This document shows positions 53,790 through 64,000 of a DNA stretch of 64,000 bases, in pieces; positions within the stretch are counted from its first letter, which is position 1, and each line of letters starts with the position of its first letter. A program made the position numbers and the translations under genes. The notes beneath the pieces were generated by a model. That model did no database searches. It saw nothing but the letters and a program-made list of their open reading frames with translations, and had not been told where the DNA came from. Source of the stretch: an uncultured Verrucomicrobiota bacterium. Lineage in GTDB: Bacteria; Verrucomicrobiota; Verrucomicrobiia; Limisphaerales; UBA8199. The DNA lies in assembly GCA_964631605.1 (NCBI GenBank), contig CAZVYG010000017.1, positions 10,964-74,963 on the forward strand, in the 5' to 3' direction.

Positions 53790-55793
53790 TCAGGAGGCCA
53801 GGACACCGGCGATTTCATTGAAGATTTGCTCGTCCTCGAACAGGTGCTGCCGGATGGAGCCGGACGGGCAGGAAGCGACGCAGGTGCCGCAGCCTTTGCA
53901 CAAGGCTTCGTTGATGCGCGCCTTGCGCGTGGGTTCATCAAAGCTGATGGCAGTGTAGGGGCAGAGGGGCACGCAACTCTTGCACCCCGAGCAGTCGGCT
54001 TCGACGATGTAGGCCGTGTTGGGCTCCTGTTCGATGTAACCTTTATCAATCAACGCCAGAGCCTCGGCGGCGGCCGCCCCGGCCTGCGCGATGCTGTCGG
54101 GGATGTCCTTGGGCCCCTGGCAGCAACCGGCGATAAAAACGCCGTCCGTGAAGGTGTTCACGGGCGCCAGTTTGGGATGCTTCTCAAGGAACCACCCTTC
54201 CGTGCTGCAGCTTAAATTGAACAGGCGGCGCACATCCTGCGAGTCGGCGTTGGGCTCCATGCCCACCGCCAGCACGATCATGTCCACCGGAATGCGGCGC
54301 ACAAAACCCGCCAGGGTATCCTCGACGCGGATGACCAGCTTGCCCTCCTCCTCGGGGGCCAGGGCCCAGTCGGTGACTTCGGCCACGCGCCCGCGGACGA
54401 AGCGGATCCCCTCGCGGAGCGACTTGTCGTAGAACTCCTCGCATCCTTTGCCTGGCGCCCGGATGTCCATGTAGAAAATGGTAACATCCGCGCCGGTGTG
54501 CTCCTTGAACAACTGCGCCAGCTTCATCGAGTGCATGCAGCAGGTGCGCGAGCACCAGCGATTGGTTTTCACATCGCGCGATCCCACGCACAGGATGAAC
54601 CCCGCCGTGAGGGGCTTGCTCCCGTCCCGCAAAATAATCTCGCCGCCCGTCGGCCCCGAGCTGTTCACCAGCCGCTCCAGCTCCAGCGAGGTGACCACGT
54701 TTGGATACAAGCCGTAGCCGTACTGCGGAATCCGGGTCGCATCAAACAGCTTGAAGCCGGTCGCCAGAATCATCGTGCCCACCTGGATTTCGACCAACTG
54801 CTCCTTCATCGAGAAGTCTATCGCCTTGCGGTCGGCACAGGCTTCCAGGCAGCTTTTCTTGCACTTGCCGGTTTTCACCTGAAGACAGCGCTCGGGATCA
54901 ATCACCACCGCCTGGGGCACCGCCTGCGGGAAGGGAAGGTAAACGGGCTTGCGCTTGCTGAGGCCCACATTGAACTCGTCGGGAAACCGCGAATCCTTGT
55001 ACACGCAGGCGGTGATGCATTCCTGGCAGCCCACGCACAAATCCTCGTGCACATACCGGGGCTTGCGCTTCACCGTGACTTTGTAGTTGCCTACATAGCC
55101 CTCGACCTTGACGACCTCCGAGTAGGTCCAAAGCGTGATGTTTTCGTGTGCTCGAACCGCCGACATTTTGGGGGTCAGAATGCAGGCCGCGCAGTCCAGC
55201 GTGGGGAAGGTCTTGTCGAATTTGGCCATGTGGCCGCCAATACTCGGCTCCCGCTCGACCAAGGTGACCTTCTTTCCGGCGTTGGCGAGGGTCAGGGCGG
55301 CGTGAATGCCCGCAATCCCGCCCCCGACAACCAACACATCCGGGTTGATCGGCACCCGCGTGGTCTCCAGCGGGCGGTGGAAGCGCACGCGCTCGATCGC
55401 GGCCCGCGCCAGCGCCTTGGCCTTCGCGGTGGCAGCGGCGCTGTCGGCATGGACCCACGAGTTGTGCTCGCGGATGTTGACCATCTGGAAGTAGAAGGGG
55501 TTGAGGCCGCCGCGCTCGACGGCGCCACGGAAGGTATGCTCGTGCAGCAGCGGGGAGCAGGAGGCCACCACCACGCGGTTGAGCTTGTGCTCGCGAATGT
55601 CCTGCTGGATCAGTTCCTGGCCGGGATCCGAGCACATGTACTTGTAATGACGCGACAGCACCACGCCCGGCAGTTTCGAGGCATATTCCGCCACCGCCGG
55701 ACAATCCACCACGGCCCCGATGTTGTGCCCGCACTGGCAGACATAAAACCCGATTCGGATCTCGCCATTTCCATTCTTGGAGGAAGCGCTCAT
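53790..55793 (-). CDS. hdrA: Heterodisulfide reductase subunit A (FAD, Fe-S)
   Basis: IGFYVCQCG, CSDPGQ, VVASCSP, VLVVGGGIAG, KTFPTLDCAACIL, CVGSRD, CSRTCC, GCCQGPKDI and two terminal ferredoxin motifs. Confidence 0.96.
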   Translation of the reverse strand: MSASSKNGNGEIRIGFYVCQCGHNIGAVVDCPAVAEYASKLPGVVLSRHYKYMCSDPGQELIQQDIREHKLNRVVVASCSPLLHEHTFRGAVERGGLNPFYFQMVNIREHNSWVHADSAAATAKAKALARAAIERVRFHRPLETTRVPINPDVLVVGGGIAGIHAALTLANAGKKVTLVEREPSIGGHMAKFDKTFPTLDCAACILTPKMSAVRAHENITLWTYSEVVKVEGYVGNYKVTVKRKPRYVHEDLCVGCQECITACVYKDSRFPDEFNVGLSKRKPVYLPFPQAVPQAVVIDPERCLQVKTGKCKKSCLEACADRKAIDFSMKEQLVEIQVGTMILATGFKLFDATRIPQYGYGLYPNVVTSLELERLVNSSGPTGGEIILRDGSKPLTAGFILCVGSRDVKTNRWCSRTCCMHSMKLAQLFKEHTGADVTIFYMDIRAPGKGCEEFYDKSLREGIRFVRGRVAEVTDWALAPEEEGKLVIRVEDTLAGFVRRIPVDMIVLAVGMEPNADSQDVRRLFNLSCSTEGWFLEKHPKLAPVNTFTDGVFIAGCCQGPKDIPDSIAQAGAAAAEALALIDKGYIEQEPNTAYIVEADCSGCKSCVPLCPYTAISFDEPTRKARINEALCKGCGTCVASCPSGSIRQHLFEDEQIFNEIAGVLAS

Positions 55794-55815
55794 AATCTCT
55801 GGCTGGTTACGCAAT

Positions 55816-56727
55816 TCACCGGCTGGCTTTTTCCGCAGGCTTGGGCGGCGCCCCGGCCTGGCTCGCGCCGTTGCCCCACTTCAGCGGCAGCGGAACGAAG
55901 TTCCGATGCAACCCCAGTTGGCGGGGTTCGAGGCCAAAGGCCAACCCCATCAATTGGGTGAAATAAACCGTCGCAATCCGCGCCTCGCCCCAGCGCCGGA
56001 CAATTTGATCGTGATAGGCGTCGAGATTAAACTGGCACAAGGGACAGATGGTCGCGATTACATCGGCGCCCCGGCGGACAGCCTCCTTGAGCAGGATGTA
56101 GCTCATCCGCAAACCCGCCTCCGGCAGCGTGCCGGTCAGGCTGCCGCCGCAACACTTGGTCTTCAAGGGGTAGTGTAACACCTCCGCGCCCAGGGCCGCC
56201 AATATCTTGTCCATCGTTACCGGGTTCCAGGCTTCATCGAAAGTGGCGTAAGGCCGGACGACCTGGCAGCCGTAATAGGGAGCCACCTTGAGGCCGGTCA
56301 GCGGCCGCACCACTTTTTGCTTGATCGCCTCGACGCCCACGTCGTGGAACAACACATCCAGCGGGTGCCGCACCACTGTGGTGCCCTTGTAGGCCAGTTT
56401 GGCGCAATCCAGCGCCCGCTGAACATTTTCCGCAATCTCGGGGAAATCGTTGATGTTGTGCTTGGCCTTGTTCAAAACCAGGTAGCAGGCGCTGCATGGG
56501 GCCAGCAAATCCTGCGGGCCGGACTTTTCGGCGATTGCCAGGTTTCGCGCGGCGAGCACCGTTGCTTCATGCTCGTCCACAGACATGTAAGCCGTTGCTC
56601 CGCAGCAATTCCAATCATCCAGTTCCATCAATTCGACGCCAAGATGCCGCATGACCGGCAGCAGCGATTCCTCGTAAGCGCGACCCAGGCCTTTGAGCGA
56701 ACAACCCGGAAAATAGAGGTATTTCAT
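55816..56727 (-). CDS. hdrB: Heterodisulfide reductase subunit B (two CCG domains)
   Basis: YFPGCSL, NCCGA, PCSACY, YYGCQ, KCCGG and CPLCQFNLD motifs. Confidence 0.95.
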   Translation of the reverse strand: MKYLYFPGCSLKGLGRAYEESLLPVMRHLGVELMELDDWNCCGATAYMSVDEHEATVLAARNLAIAEKSGPQDLLAPCSACYLVLNKAKHNINDFPEIAENVQRALDCAKLAYKGTTVVRHPLDVLFHDVGVEAIKQKVVRPLTGLKVAPYYGCQVVRPYATFDEAWNPVTMDKILAALGAEVLHYPLKTKCCGGSLTGTLPEAGLRMSYILLKEAVRRGADVIATICPLCQFNLDAYHDQIVRRWGEARIATVYFTQLMGLAFGLEPRQLGLHRNFVPLPLKWGNGASQAGAPPKPAEKASR

Positions 56728-57320
56728 GACTTAGCCTTTCCATTGCCGTTGCCGTTGACGGTCGCCAGCATCGCCGCCAGTTCCGCCTGCCGCTGGATCC
56801 GCTCGGGCTTGAGGACAAAGCGTCCCGTCCGAATCAGCCCCAACCCCAGGCGCCAGGAGCTCAACACCGCCCGCCAGTTGGCGCGCAGGAACAACTGCAT
56901 CACCAGCAGGGTCTCGGTGATCCGCCCCTTGCTCAGCACCATCTTGGCAAATTCCTTGGCCAGAATCGGGATGGGCATGTGCCGCGGATAGACATGCTCC
57001 TTGATCGCCCGCTGCTTGAGCGCATACATGATGTCCGTGATCCGAATCTGCCGCGGGCACTCGACCGTGCAGGCGTAACAGGAAGCGCACAGCCAGACGG
57101 TGTTGCTGGACAACACCTCGTTCTTGAAATCCGCCCGCACCAGCGCCATGACCTGCCGGGGGGAAAAGTCCATGTAAATGCTGAGCGGACAGGCGCCGGA
57201 ACAGGTGCCGCATTGGATGCAACTGGGGAGTTGCTCGCAACCGGTCACTCCCATGATCTCCCGGCCGAAGCCTTGAACTCGATCGGCGTCGTATTTAATC
57301 GTGCGCTTTATTTTTATCAT
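56724..57320 (-). CDS. hdrC: Heterodisulfide reductase subunit C (2x[4Fe-4S])
   Basis: CIQCGTCSGACP and WLCASCYACTVECPR motifs. Confidence 0.95.
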   Translation of the reverse strand: MIKIKRTIKYDADRVQGFGREIMGVTGCEQLPSCIQCGTCSGACPLSIYMDFSPRQVMALVRADFKNEVLSSNTVWLCASCYACTVECPRQIRITDIMYALKQRAIKEHVYPRHMPIPILAKEFAKMVLSKGRITETLLVMQLFLRANWRAVLSSWRLGLGLIRTGRFVLKPERIQRQAELAAMLATVNGNGNGKAKS

Positions 57321-57814
57321 AAGCTCACCCGATTCTTTTTGGGTATCTTGTCACGCAGCCCTAATTCTAGCTGCCAACAATACGCCTACTGCCGCTTAAG
57401 GTAGCTCATGGCAAATTAAACCCTCTAAACATCACTTGCCTATTCCTTGTCATTTCTTGGCATGCTTATGTTTGTTGCAACTCTGCGGGCAACACCCGGT
57501 TTCCGATCGTTGGCAGGATGCGCCCCGCTTTTGCGCCCGGTCCGCCGCACCACCACCCCGTTCGCAGGAGAGGCTTCGGGCGCTTGATCAGCGCTCCGTC
57601 CCGAACGCAATCTCGTGCGCGGCTCGGCGGAGGTATGTATCACCTTCGAGGCCACTGTCATCGCGTCCGTCGAGGCGAAGGCCAGGAATGACGAATCTCC
57701 GTTCGAGGGGGCGCTGGCAACGGACAGGTTGGCTACCAAGGCATGCCCTGAGCCAACCTTCCCAGTCTGCGCGTGCTCGACAATCCTCCCCGGGGGATTA
57801 CATTGAACCGCGAC

Positions 57815-58633
57815 ATGTTTGTTGAGCAGCAACCGCTTGTGATCGCCGGGCGAGCCTTCAGCTCGCGGCTGGTGATGGGCACCGGAAAGTTTGCGTCGCC
57901 CGAGACGATGCGGGACGCGTTGGCAGCCAGCGGAACCGAAATGGTGACGGTGGCCCTGCGGCGGGCGGATTTGACGGGCAAAAAAGACCCCTTCGCCAAT
58001 ATCCTCGAGTTCATTGACCCGAGGCGCTACCTGTTGTTGCCCAATACCAGCGGCGCGCAGAACGCGGAGGAAGCCGTGCGTCTGGCGCGGTTGGCCGCCG
58101 CGGCGGGGCTGCCGCGCTGGATTAAACTCGAGATTCACCCCGATCCTCGTTATCTGCTGCCCGATCCGATGGAAACCTTCAAAGCGGCAGAACAACTTGT
58201 CAAAGAGGGATTTACGGTCCTTCCGTATATCAACGCGGATCCGGTTCTGGCCAAGCGGTTGCAGGACGTCGGCACGGCCACGGTGATGCCCTTGGGTTCG
58301 CCTATCGGGTCGAACCGCGGAATGCAAACACGCGACCAGATTCGCATCATTATTGAGCAGGCCACAGTGCCGGTGGTGGTGGACGCCGGATTGGGCGCGC
58401 CCAGCCATGCGGCCGAGGCCATGGAACTGGGAGCCGATGCCGTTTTGGTCAACACGGCGGTTGCGGTGGCCAGCGACCCCGTCCGGATGGCTGCCGCTTT
58501 CAAGCTGGCGGTTGAAGCTGGACGCGCCGCTTATGAATGCGGCCTCGCCCAGCCGCAACTCGCCGCCAGCGCCACCAGTCCGCTCACCGCCTTCCTGGAT
58601 GAACCGGAATCCGAACCCGCGCGCTCGCCATGA
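57815..58633 (+). CDS. thiG: Thiazole synthase
   Basis: [40 protein letters not shown] and LVNTA motifs. Confidence 0.96.
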   Translation: MFVEQQPLVIAGRAFSSRLVMGTGKFASPETMRDALAASGTEMVTVALRRADLTGKKDPFANILEFIDPRRYLLLPNTSGAQNAEEAVRLARLAAAAGLPRWIKLEIHPDPRYLLPDPMETFKAAEQLVKEGFTVLPYINADPVLAKRLQDVGTATVMPLGSPIGSNRGMQTRDQIRIIIEQATVPVVVDAGLGAPSHAAEAMELGADAVLVNTAVAVASDPVRMAAAFKLAVEAGRAAYECGLAQPQLAASATSPLTAFLDEPESEPARSP

Positions 58634-59670
58634 ACCGCCGCACCACCACCACCCCCTTGCCCCAGACTCTGCTGCGGCGGTCCCGCGTTCGGCAATTGCT
58701 TCGTGGCGCCTCTCGGGCCCGCGTGCTCGTCATCGGCGACGTAATGCTTGACCAGTTCATTTGGGGCACGGTGGCCCGCATCTCGCCCGAGGCGCCGGTG
58801 CCGGTGGTGGAGTTTCAGCGCGAGAGCTGCATGCCTGGCGGCGCGGCCAACGTCGCCCGCAACCTCACCGCGCTTGGGATTCCAACCGAGCTTTTTGGGA
58901 TCGTCGGCCACGATGCCTCGGGCCAGCAGCTCAAGAACCTCCTGGTGAACCACCGCATTGGGTGCCAGGGGCTGATTACAAGCCGATCCCGGCCCACCAG
59001 CGTCAAAACGCGCATTGTCGCCCACCAACAACAGGTGGTCAGGATTGATCGCGAAAGCCGCGACGGCGTCGAGCCGGCTCTGGCCCGGCGGCTGGGCCGT
59101 TCCCTGGCATCGCGCATCGGCCATGCCCAGGCAGTGATTGTGGGAGATTACGGCAAGGGCGTTGTGACGCAGGGCTTGCTCGATGAACTCAAGCGCCTGT
59201 GCCGCAGCCACGCGGTCTGGCTCAGCCTGGATCCCAAACCCGTGCATTCCCTTGATCTCGCCGGCCTCTCGCTCATCACCCCCAACCGCAAGGAAGCCTT
59301 CGAACTGGCCCGCATCCCGGACGAAACACGGGCAGCCGACCCGCTGAAAGATCGGAACCTGATGGCGGCCGCCCACCGCTTGCTTTCCGAACTCCGCCCC
59401 GCCGCGCTTTTGGTCACTCTGGGCGAGTTCGGCATGCTGCTCTGCCAACATCAGCAACCGCCCGTCCATATCCCAACCGTGGCGCAGGAAGTCTTCGACG
59501 TCTCCGGCGCCGGCGACACGGTCATTGCCACTTTTACGGTGGCGATCGCCGCGGGGGCCTCGCCACTTGAAGCTGCGATCCTCTCCAATCACGCCGCCGG
59601 TCTGGTCGTCGGCAAGATCGGCACGGCCACCGTCTCGCCGGAGGAGTTGCTGGCCAGCTTCCCAAACTAG
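58630..59670 (+). CDS. rfaE1: D-glycero-D-manno-heptose-7-phosphate kinase (stand-alone RfaE/HldE domain I, PfkB family)
   Basis: VIGDVMLD...[29 protein letters not shown] and DVSGAGDTV motifs. Confidence 0.9.
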   Translation: MNRRTTTTPLPQTLLRRSRVRQLLRGASRARVLVIGDVMLDQFIWGTVARISPEAPVPVVEFQRESCMPGGAANVARNLTALGIPTELFGIVGHDASGQQLKNLLVNHRIGCQGLITSRSRPTSVKTRIVAHQQQVVRIDRESRDGVEPALARRLGRSLASRIGHAQAVIVGDYGKGVVTQGLLDELKRLCRSHAVWLSLDPKPVHSLDLAGLSLITPNRKEAFELARIPDETRAADPLKDRNLMAAAHRLLSELRPAALLVTLGEFGMLLCQHQQPPVHIPTVAQEVFDVSGAGDTVIATFTVAIAAGASPLEAAILSNHAAGLVVGKIGTATVSPEELLASFPN

Positions 59671-59706
59671 CGGCTGGCCGCGCGCCTGACTGAGGAACCG
59701 TTTGCC

Positions 59707-60492
59707 ATGAGTTCCGTCAAAACCACTCCCGAATCCATTACCGCCGCCAAAGGCAGGACACGAATTGCCGCCCTGACGGCTTACGATTTTCCCATGACCC
59801 GGCTGTTGGATCAGGCGGGGATTCCCTTGATCCTGGTGGGTGATTCGCTTGGGATGGTGGTGCTGGGCTACCCGGACACGACCCATGTCACCATCGAGGA
59901 AATGGAGCATCACACCCGCGCTGCCGCCCGGGCCAAACCGCGGGCCTTGCTGGCAGCAGACCTTCCCTTTCACAGTTACGAAACCCCCGAGACCGCCGTG
60001 GCCAACGCCCGGCGACTGGTTGCGGCGGGGGCGGAGGCCGTCAAGGCCGAGGGCGGTCTTGAGATCATCGAACAGGTTCGCGCCATCCGAAACGCCGGCA
60101 TCCCCTTTCTCGGCCACTTGGGCATGCTTCCGCAACATGTGCTGGAAGAAGGGGGCTACCACGTGAAAGGCAGGCAGGAAGCCGAACGACAGCGATTGCT
60201 GGCCGATGCGGACGCCCTGGCCGAAGCGGGCGCGTTTGCGGTGGTGCTCGAGTTGGTTGCCGCCCCTCTCGCCGCCGAGTTGACCCGGCGTCTGCCCATT
60301 CCCACCATCGGCATCGGGTCCGGCCCTGATTGCGACGGGCAGATTCTGGTCACGCCCGATTTGCTGGGCTTGCTTCCCTGGTTTAGCCTCAAGCACGTCA
60401 AACCGCGGCTTAATGCCGCCGAGCAAATGCGCGCCGTCGTTGAGGAATGGAAAAAGTCAGTTGAGCAGGGCTCTACCGCAAAACCCGGTTAA
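59707..60492 (+). CDS. panB: 3-methyl-2-oxobutanoate hydroxymethyltransferase
   Basis: LTAYD, LVGDSLGM, ADLPF, VKAEGG, GHLG and IGIGSGPDCDGQILV motifs. Confidence 0.97.
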   Translation: MSSVKTTPESITAAKGRTRIAALTAYDFPMTRLLDQAGIPLILVGDSLGMVVLGYPDTTHVTIEEMEHHTRAAARAKPRALLAADLPFHSYETPETAVANARRLVAAGAEAVKAEGGLEIIEQVRAIRNAGIPFLGHLGMLPQHVLEEGGYHVKGRQEAERQRLLADADALAEAGAFAVVLELVAAPLAAELTRRLPIPTIGIGSGPDCDGQILVTPDLLGLLPWFSLKHVKPRLNAAEQMRAVVEEWKKSVEQGSTAKPG

Positions 60493-60569
60493 GTCTTCTT
60501 CAGGACCTTTGCTCGCGCTTAAGAAGCCTTTGCTTGGACGGCTGTTTATCCTTATCATGGGTGGTCATT

Positions 60570-61748
60570 ATGGATTTGGCAGCATTAGTCCGGTTGGCCG
60601 AAAGCAGCGGGGCCAGCGACCTCCATCTGGAACCGGGTTTGCCGGCGGCATTGCGAGTGCGTGGCGCCCTGCGGCTCGCAGGCGAACCGCTGCCAGCCCG
60701 GGCCCTGCTGGAAGCCGCGCACCATCTGCTGCCGCCCGAACTTTGGGCCGACTTCCAGCAACGACGGTCCGCCGACTTGTCCCGCACCATTGCCGGGGTC
60801 CGGTGCCGGATCAACATGCTGCACAGCGCCCGAGGGGTCGGTTTTGCCATTCGCCTGCTTGCCTCCTTCCAGGCGACGGTCGAAAAACTCAACCTCCATC
60901 CCAGCCTCAAGAAACTGGTCCAGAATCCGCATGGACTGGTCCTGGTCAGCGGGCCCACCGGCTCGGGCAAATCCTCGACCCTGGCCGCGTTGATCCAGGA
61001 AATCAACCTGACGGAAACCCGTCACATTCTGACCATCGAAAGCCCCATCGAATATACCTTCCGCCCCCGCCGCTCCTACATTCGCCAGCGGGAGGTCGGC
61101 CGGGACACGCCCAGCTTCGAGCAGGCGCTGCTGGATGCCTTGCGGGAAGATCCCGACGTCATTATGGTCGGCGAAATGCGCGAGCCGGAAACCATGCGCC
61201 TGACCCTGAGCGCGTCGGAGACCGGCCACCTGGTCCTTGGCACCCTGCATTCCGCCACCTGCGCCGAGGCGCTCAATCGAATCGTTTCCGCCTTCCCCGC
61301 GGAGATCCAGAACAGTGTCTCCGCTCAACTGGCGGATTGTTTGGTTGCCGTCATTTCCCAACGCCTCCGCTTTCGCGCGGACCTGAATATCCGCGTGCCC
61401 GAATGCGAGATTCTGATGGCCACCCACGCCGTGCGGAACTTCATTCGGAACCGCGATTTTTTCAAGCTGGCAACCGCGCTGGAGACGGGAGCGGATCAGG
61501 GCATGTGGACCTACCAACGATACCAAAACTGGTTGGAAAAACGCACCAACTGGGCCTTTCCGACGCAGGAAAGCGAGCCGCCGGATACGGAACCCGCCGA
61601 AGCGGAAGTCAGTGCTGCCGCCGGCGCCACGGCTGCCACGCCGCCGCGGCCGGCCCCGGCGTCGGCACCAGCAGGCGGCCCCAAACGCATCGAAATCGAG
61701 GTTGGCGAGAGTGAGTTTGGAAAAATCCTGAAGCCGCCGGGAGTATGA
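60570..61748 (+). CDS. pilT: PilT/PilU-family type IV pilus retraction ATPase
   Basis: ASDLHL, GPTGSGKSST (Walker A), TIESPIE, LREDPDVIMVGEMR and ETGHLV.GTLH motifs; Ala/Pro-rich C-terminal tail. Confidence 0.88.
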   Translation: MDLAALVRLAESSGASDLHLEPGLPAALRVRGALRLAGEPLPARALLEAAHHLLPPELWADFQQRRSADLSRTIAGVRCRINMLHSARGVGFAIRLLASFQATVEKLNLHPSLKKLVQNPHGLVLVSGPTGSGKSSTLAALIQEINLTETRHILTIESPIEYTFRPRRSYIRQREVGRDTPSFEQALLDALREDPDVIMVGEMREPETMRLTLSASETGHLVLGTLHSATCAEALNRIVSAFPAEIQNSVSAQLADCLVAVISQRLRFRADLNIRVPECEILMATHAVRNFIRNRDFFKLATALETGADQGMWTYQRYQNWLEKRTNWAFPTQESEPPDTEPAEAEVSAAAGATAATPPRPAPASAPAGGPKRIEIEVGESEFGKILKPPGV

Positions 61749-62125
61749 AGCTGGTGAGTTGTGTATCCGTCCTGCTGGTGACCTGCTGGCTGAGCGGGGC
61801 TCTGGGATGCGTCTCCCGCGCCCGGGCCAGAGCGGATGCAGCCGCGGCCTACGCGGCGGGCCTTCGGGAAGGGATGTCCCGCGCGGGGCCGGTGGTGCAA
61901 GGGCCCACCGTCATTTTCTCGGGCCACGTGCGCAACCCTTATGTCCCCTGGACACCAAAGCTGACGCTGGCGCAGGCGATTCTGGCCGCGGGCTACTACG
62001 CGCCGACTGATCCCGTCCGCATCACCATTACCCGGCATGGGACGGAAATTCCGGTGGACGTGGAGCAACTGCTCGCCGGCGGCGATGTACCGCTGGAGGC
62101 GGGAGACCTGGTGAAAATGGAATAA
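61745..62125 (+). CDS. Probable lipoprotein with SLBB (beta-grasp) domain
   Basis: Signal with ...ALGC; V...GHVRNP...LTLAQAILAAG...D.PLEAGDLV pattern. Confidence 0.65.
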   Translation: MKLVSCVSVLLVTCWLSGALGCVSRARARADAAAAYAAGLREGMSRAGPVVQGPTVIFSGHVRNPYVPWTPKLTLAQAILAAGYYAPTDPVRITITRHGTEIPVDVEQLLAGGDVPLEAGDLVKME

Positions 62126-62135
62126 AAGGACGCTC

Positions 62136-63245
62136 ATGCAGGAAGCCGAGCCGCTGCAACAAGTCAATCGCACCTATGTGCGGGTTCGAGGGCGTCAGCT
62201 CACCTACTTCTCCGGCTGCGATTATTTTCGCCTGGCAAGCCATCCCCGGCTTCTCGCGGCGGCCAGCCGCGGGCTGCGCCATCTCGGTCTCAACGTCGCA
62301 GCGTCCCGGGTCACAACGGGCAACCATTCGGTCTATGTCGAGCTGGAAAGCGCACTGGCCCGTTTCTTCGAGGCCGAGGCCGCGCTTTTGGTGCCCACCG
62401 GCTATCTCACGGGGATGATTGTTGCCCAGGTGCTGGCAGGGTCGGTTTCCCATGCACTGGTTGACGACCAGGCTCACGCCGCGCTGCACGACGCGGCACG
62501 CTTTCTGGATTGTCCCGTCCTGCAGTTCGAGTCCTGCAATGTGCAGGCGCTCGCACTCAAGGCGCACCGTTGCGGCCCCGGCGCCAGGATTCTTTTGCTG
62601 ACCGACGGGATGTTCGCTCGTGACGGCGTGGCGGCGCCGCTGGGCCGTTACCTCGAAGTACTGCCGAAGGATGCATGGCTGCTGGTGGATGATGCGCATG
62701 GCGCGGGCGTCCTTGGCCCCAACGGCCGAGGCACCCTCGAGCACACGGGGGTAAATCGCAGCCGCATTATCCAGACGATCACACTGAGCAAGGCATTCGG
62801 CGCCTACGGTGGGGCCATCCTGGGGACTTCCGCCCTCCGCCGCCGGATGATACAAGACAGCCGGCTGTTCATCGGCAGCACCCCCCTGCCGCCGCCTCTC
62901 GCCAACGCTGGCCTTGAGGCCGTCCGCCTGATGTCCACGCACGGACCAGGACTGCGCGCCGCCCTGATCCGCAACGCCAGTTTTGTGAAGGACGGCTTGC
63001 GGCGGGCCGGCGTGCCGGTCCCGGAGTTCCCCGGTCCCATCCTTCGCGTGGTCCCGCGTAACAAGACGGAAACGGAGCGGCTCTCCAAGATGCTGCTGCG
63101 GGCAAACATCTACCCGCCGCTGACCCGGTACCTGCGAAAATCGGGCAACGGCTATTACCGCTTTGTCATCTCGAGCGAACACTCCCCCCGGCAACTGGAA
63201 TCTCTGTTGCGGGTGTTGGTCCGATTCTACCAAGACAGAACCTGA
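62136..63245 (+). CDS. 8-amino-7-oxononanoate synthase-like alpha-oxoamine synthase (class I/II PLP)
   Basis: FSGCDY.RLA, TGYLTG, H..L.D, TDGMF..DG, VDDAHG.G and TLSKAFG motifs. BioF-like, substrate unverified. Confidence 0.85.
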   Translation: MQEAEPLQQVNRTYVRVRGRQLTYFSGCDYFRLASHPRLLAAASRGLRHLGLNVAASRVTTGNHSVYVELESALARFFEAEAALLVPTGYLTGMIVAQVLAGSVSHALVDDQAHAALHDAARFLDCPVLQFESCNVQALALKAHRCGPGARILLLTDGMFARDGVAAPLGRYLEVLPKDAWLLVDDAHGAGVLGPNGRGTLEHTGVNRSRIIQTITLSKAFGAYGGAILGTSALRRRMIQDSRLFIGSTPLPPPLANAGLEAVRLMSTHGPGLRAALIRNASFVKDGLRRAGVPVPEFPGPILRVVPRNKTETERLSKMLLRANIYPPLTRYLRKSGNGYYRFVISSEHSPRQLESLLRVLVRFYQDRT

Positions 63246-63449
63246 CCTGAACGGCGCGGGGTAGGAGTCGCGCGTTCGGACCTGCCAGGGGGCTTGGAAC
63301 GACGCACACGGTCCGAATTTGGACACTGCCGCACCGGATTGTTGACGGATGCGGCGCACAATCTCACTTGGTATTCCGCCTGGAACCGGCCGGAACAAAT
63401 CAGGCCGATCCGAGGAAGACTCGGCCCGCCAAGGAAGAGAACTGCGGTT

Positions 63450-63860
63450 TCAAGACATCGGAAGGGGCACGGCCGAAGCGCAAGCCGAACCACGTGATTC
63501 CAATAGCGCATTTGCCTTGGAAACCAACTCAGCAGGACTGACCGGTTTGGTCAGGAAATCCGTCCCGCCGGATTCGAAGCCTGCGAGGCGCGCGAGCTGG
63601 CTGCACAAGCCGGTGAGCATAATCACCGGCACGGAAGCAGTTTGGCTTCCACGCCGGAGCGCCTCACAAACCGCAAAACCGTCCAGCTCAGGCAACACCA
63701 GGTCCAGGACGATCAAGTCCGGCCCCAGCGTCTTTGCTTTTCTTAGCGCCTCAATCCCGTTGCGGGCGGTGGCGACCGAATAGCCGGCCGACCGGAAAGC
63801 CAGCCGAAGCAACTTCACCAACCCGGCGTTGTCGTCAACAATGAGGATTTTCCTGCGCAT
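63450..63860 (-). CDS. Single-domain response regulator (receiver)
   Basis: ILIVDDN, DLIVLDLVLPELDG, PVIMLT and FLTKP motifs. Confidence 0.92.
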   Translation of the reverse strand: MRRKILIVDDNAGLVKLLRLAFRSAGYSVATARNGIEALRKAKTLGPDLIVLDLVLPELDGFAVCEALRRGSQTASVPVIMLTGLCSQLARLAGFESGGTDFLTKPVSPAELVSKANALLESRGSACASAVPLPMS

Positions 63861-64000
63861 TTTTGCTTCCAATCAATGCCCGTGAGCACACCCATGGACC
63901 ACCGGCCTTCCACGGCGCAAAACCGGCGTCCCTGCTGCTAAAGGCACAGCACAACTCGTGCCTAATCCCCCCCCCGCTTGCCCTCGGGGTGCTTTTCCGG

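Noticed and set aside
50710-55793. Selenocysteine or recoding in Mvh/Hdr subunits
   Set aside because: All expected positions are Cys and the frames are open without TGA.
57600-57815. TPP riboswitch upstream of thiG
   Set aside because: Hairpins exist (e.g. GGTTGGCT/AGCCAACC) and one CTGAG, but the conserved CTGAGA...ACC...GAACCTGA...TAATGC...GCG-AGGGA core is absent.
57436-57825. Possible thiS or other small gene before thiG
   Set aside because: No ubiquitin-like ORF ending in Gly-Gly is present.

Overview
GC-rich bacterial chromosome window, probably Verrucomicrobiota (Pedosphaera/Limisphaera-like). The taxon is inferred from the prepilin/H-X9-DG-type gene, the sulfatase cluster and C-terminal 'FYR' tail proteins. 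Contents in order: (1) minus-strand surface-polysaccharide genes (partial acyltransferase, wzy-like, GT, FkbM methyltransferase, wzx); (2) a ~6.2 kb array at 5.2-11.4 kb lying between wzx and a GbsR/MarR regulator; (3) argD-argF, a candidate sRNA, a small basic Zn-finger protein and a PAS kinase/NarL pair; (4) a glycan-utilisation block (GH43, FAD oxidoreductase, four Cys-type sulfatases, large beta-helix/GH2 protein); (5) glgA and serS; (6) a decayed mosaic region with a RAYT pseudogene; (7) HYR protein, Gfo/Idh/MocA, prepilin-like protein and a giant PA14/heparinase-like protein; (8) a complete hdrCBA-mvhDGA operon; (9) thiG, heptose kinase, panB, pilT-like, SLBB protein, bioF-like and a receiver-domain protein. 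The array in (2) is the most unusual structure. It holds five toxin-antitoxin/nucleotidyltransferase gene pairs and a four-helix-bundle gene, separated by modular 7-, 8- and 9-bp tandem-repeat spacers. The two promoter-proximal tracts are the reverse complements of the downstream tracts, so the transcript could form nested stems that loop out cassettes, like an intervening sequence. The two most distal toxins are inactivated. No CRISPR array, rRNA or tRNA was found. All calls are by eye, without database searches.
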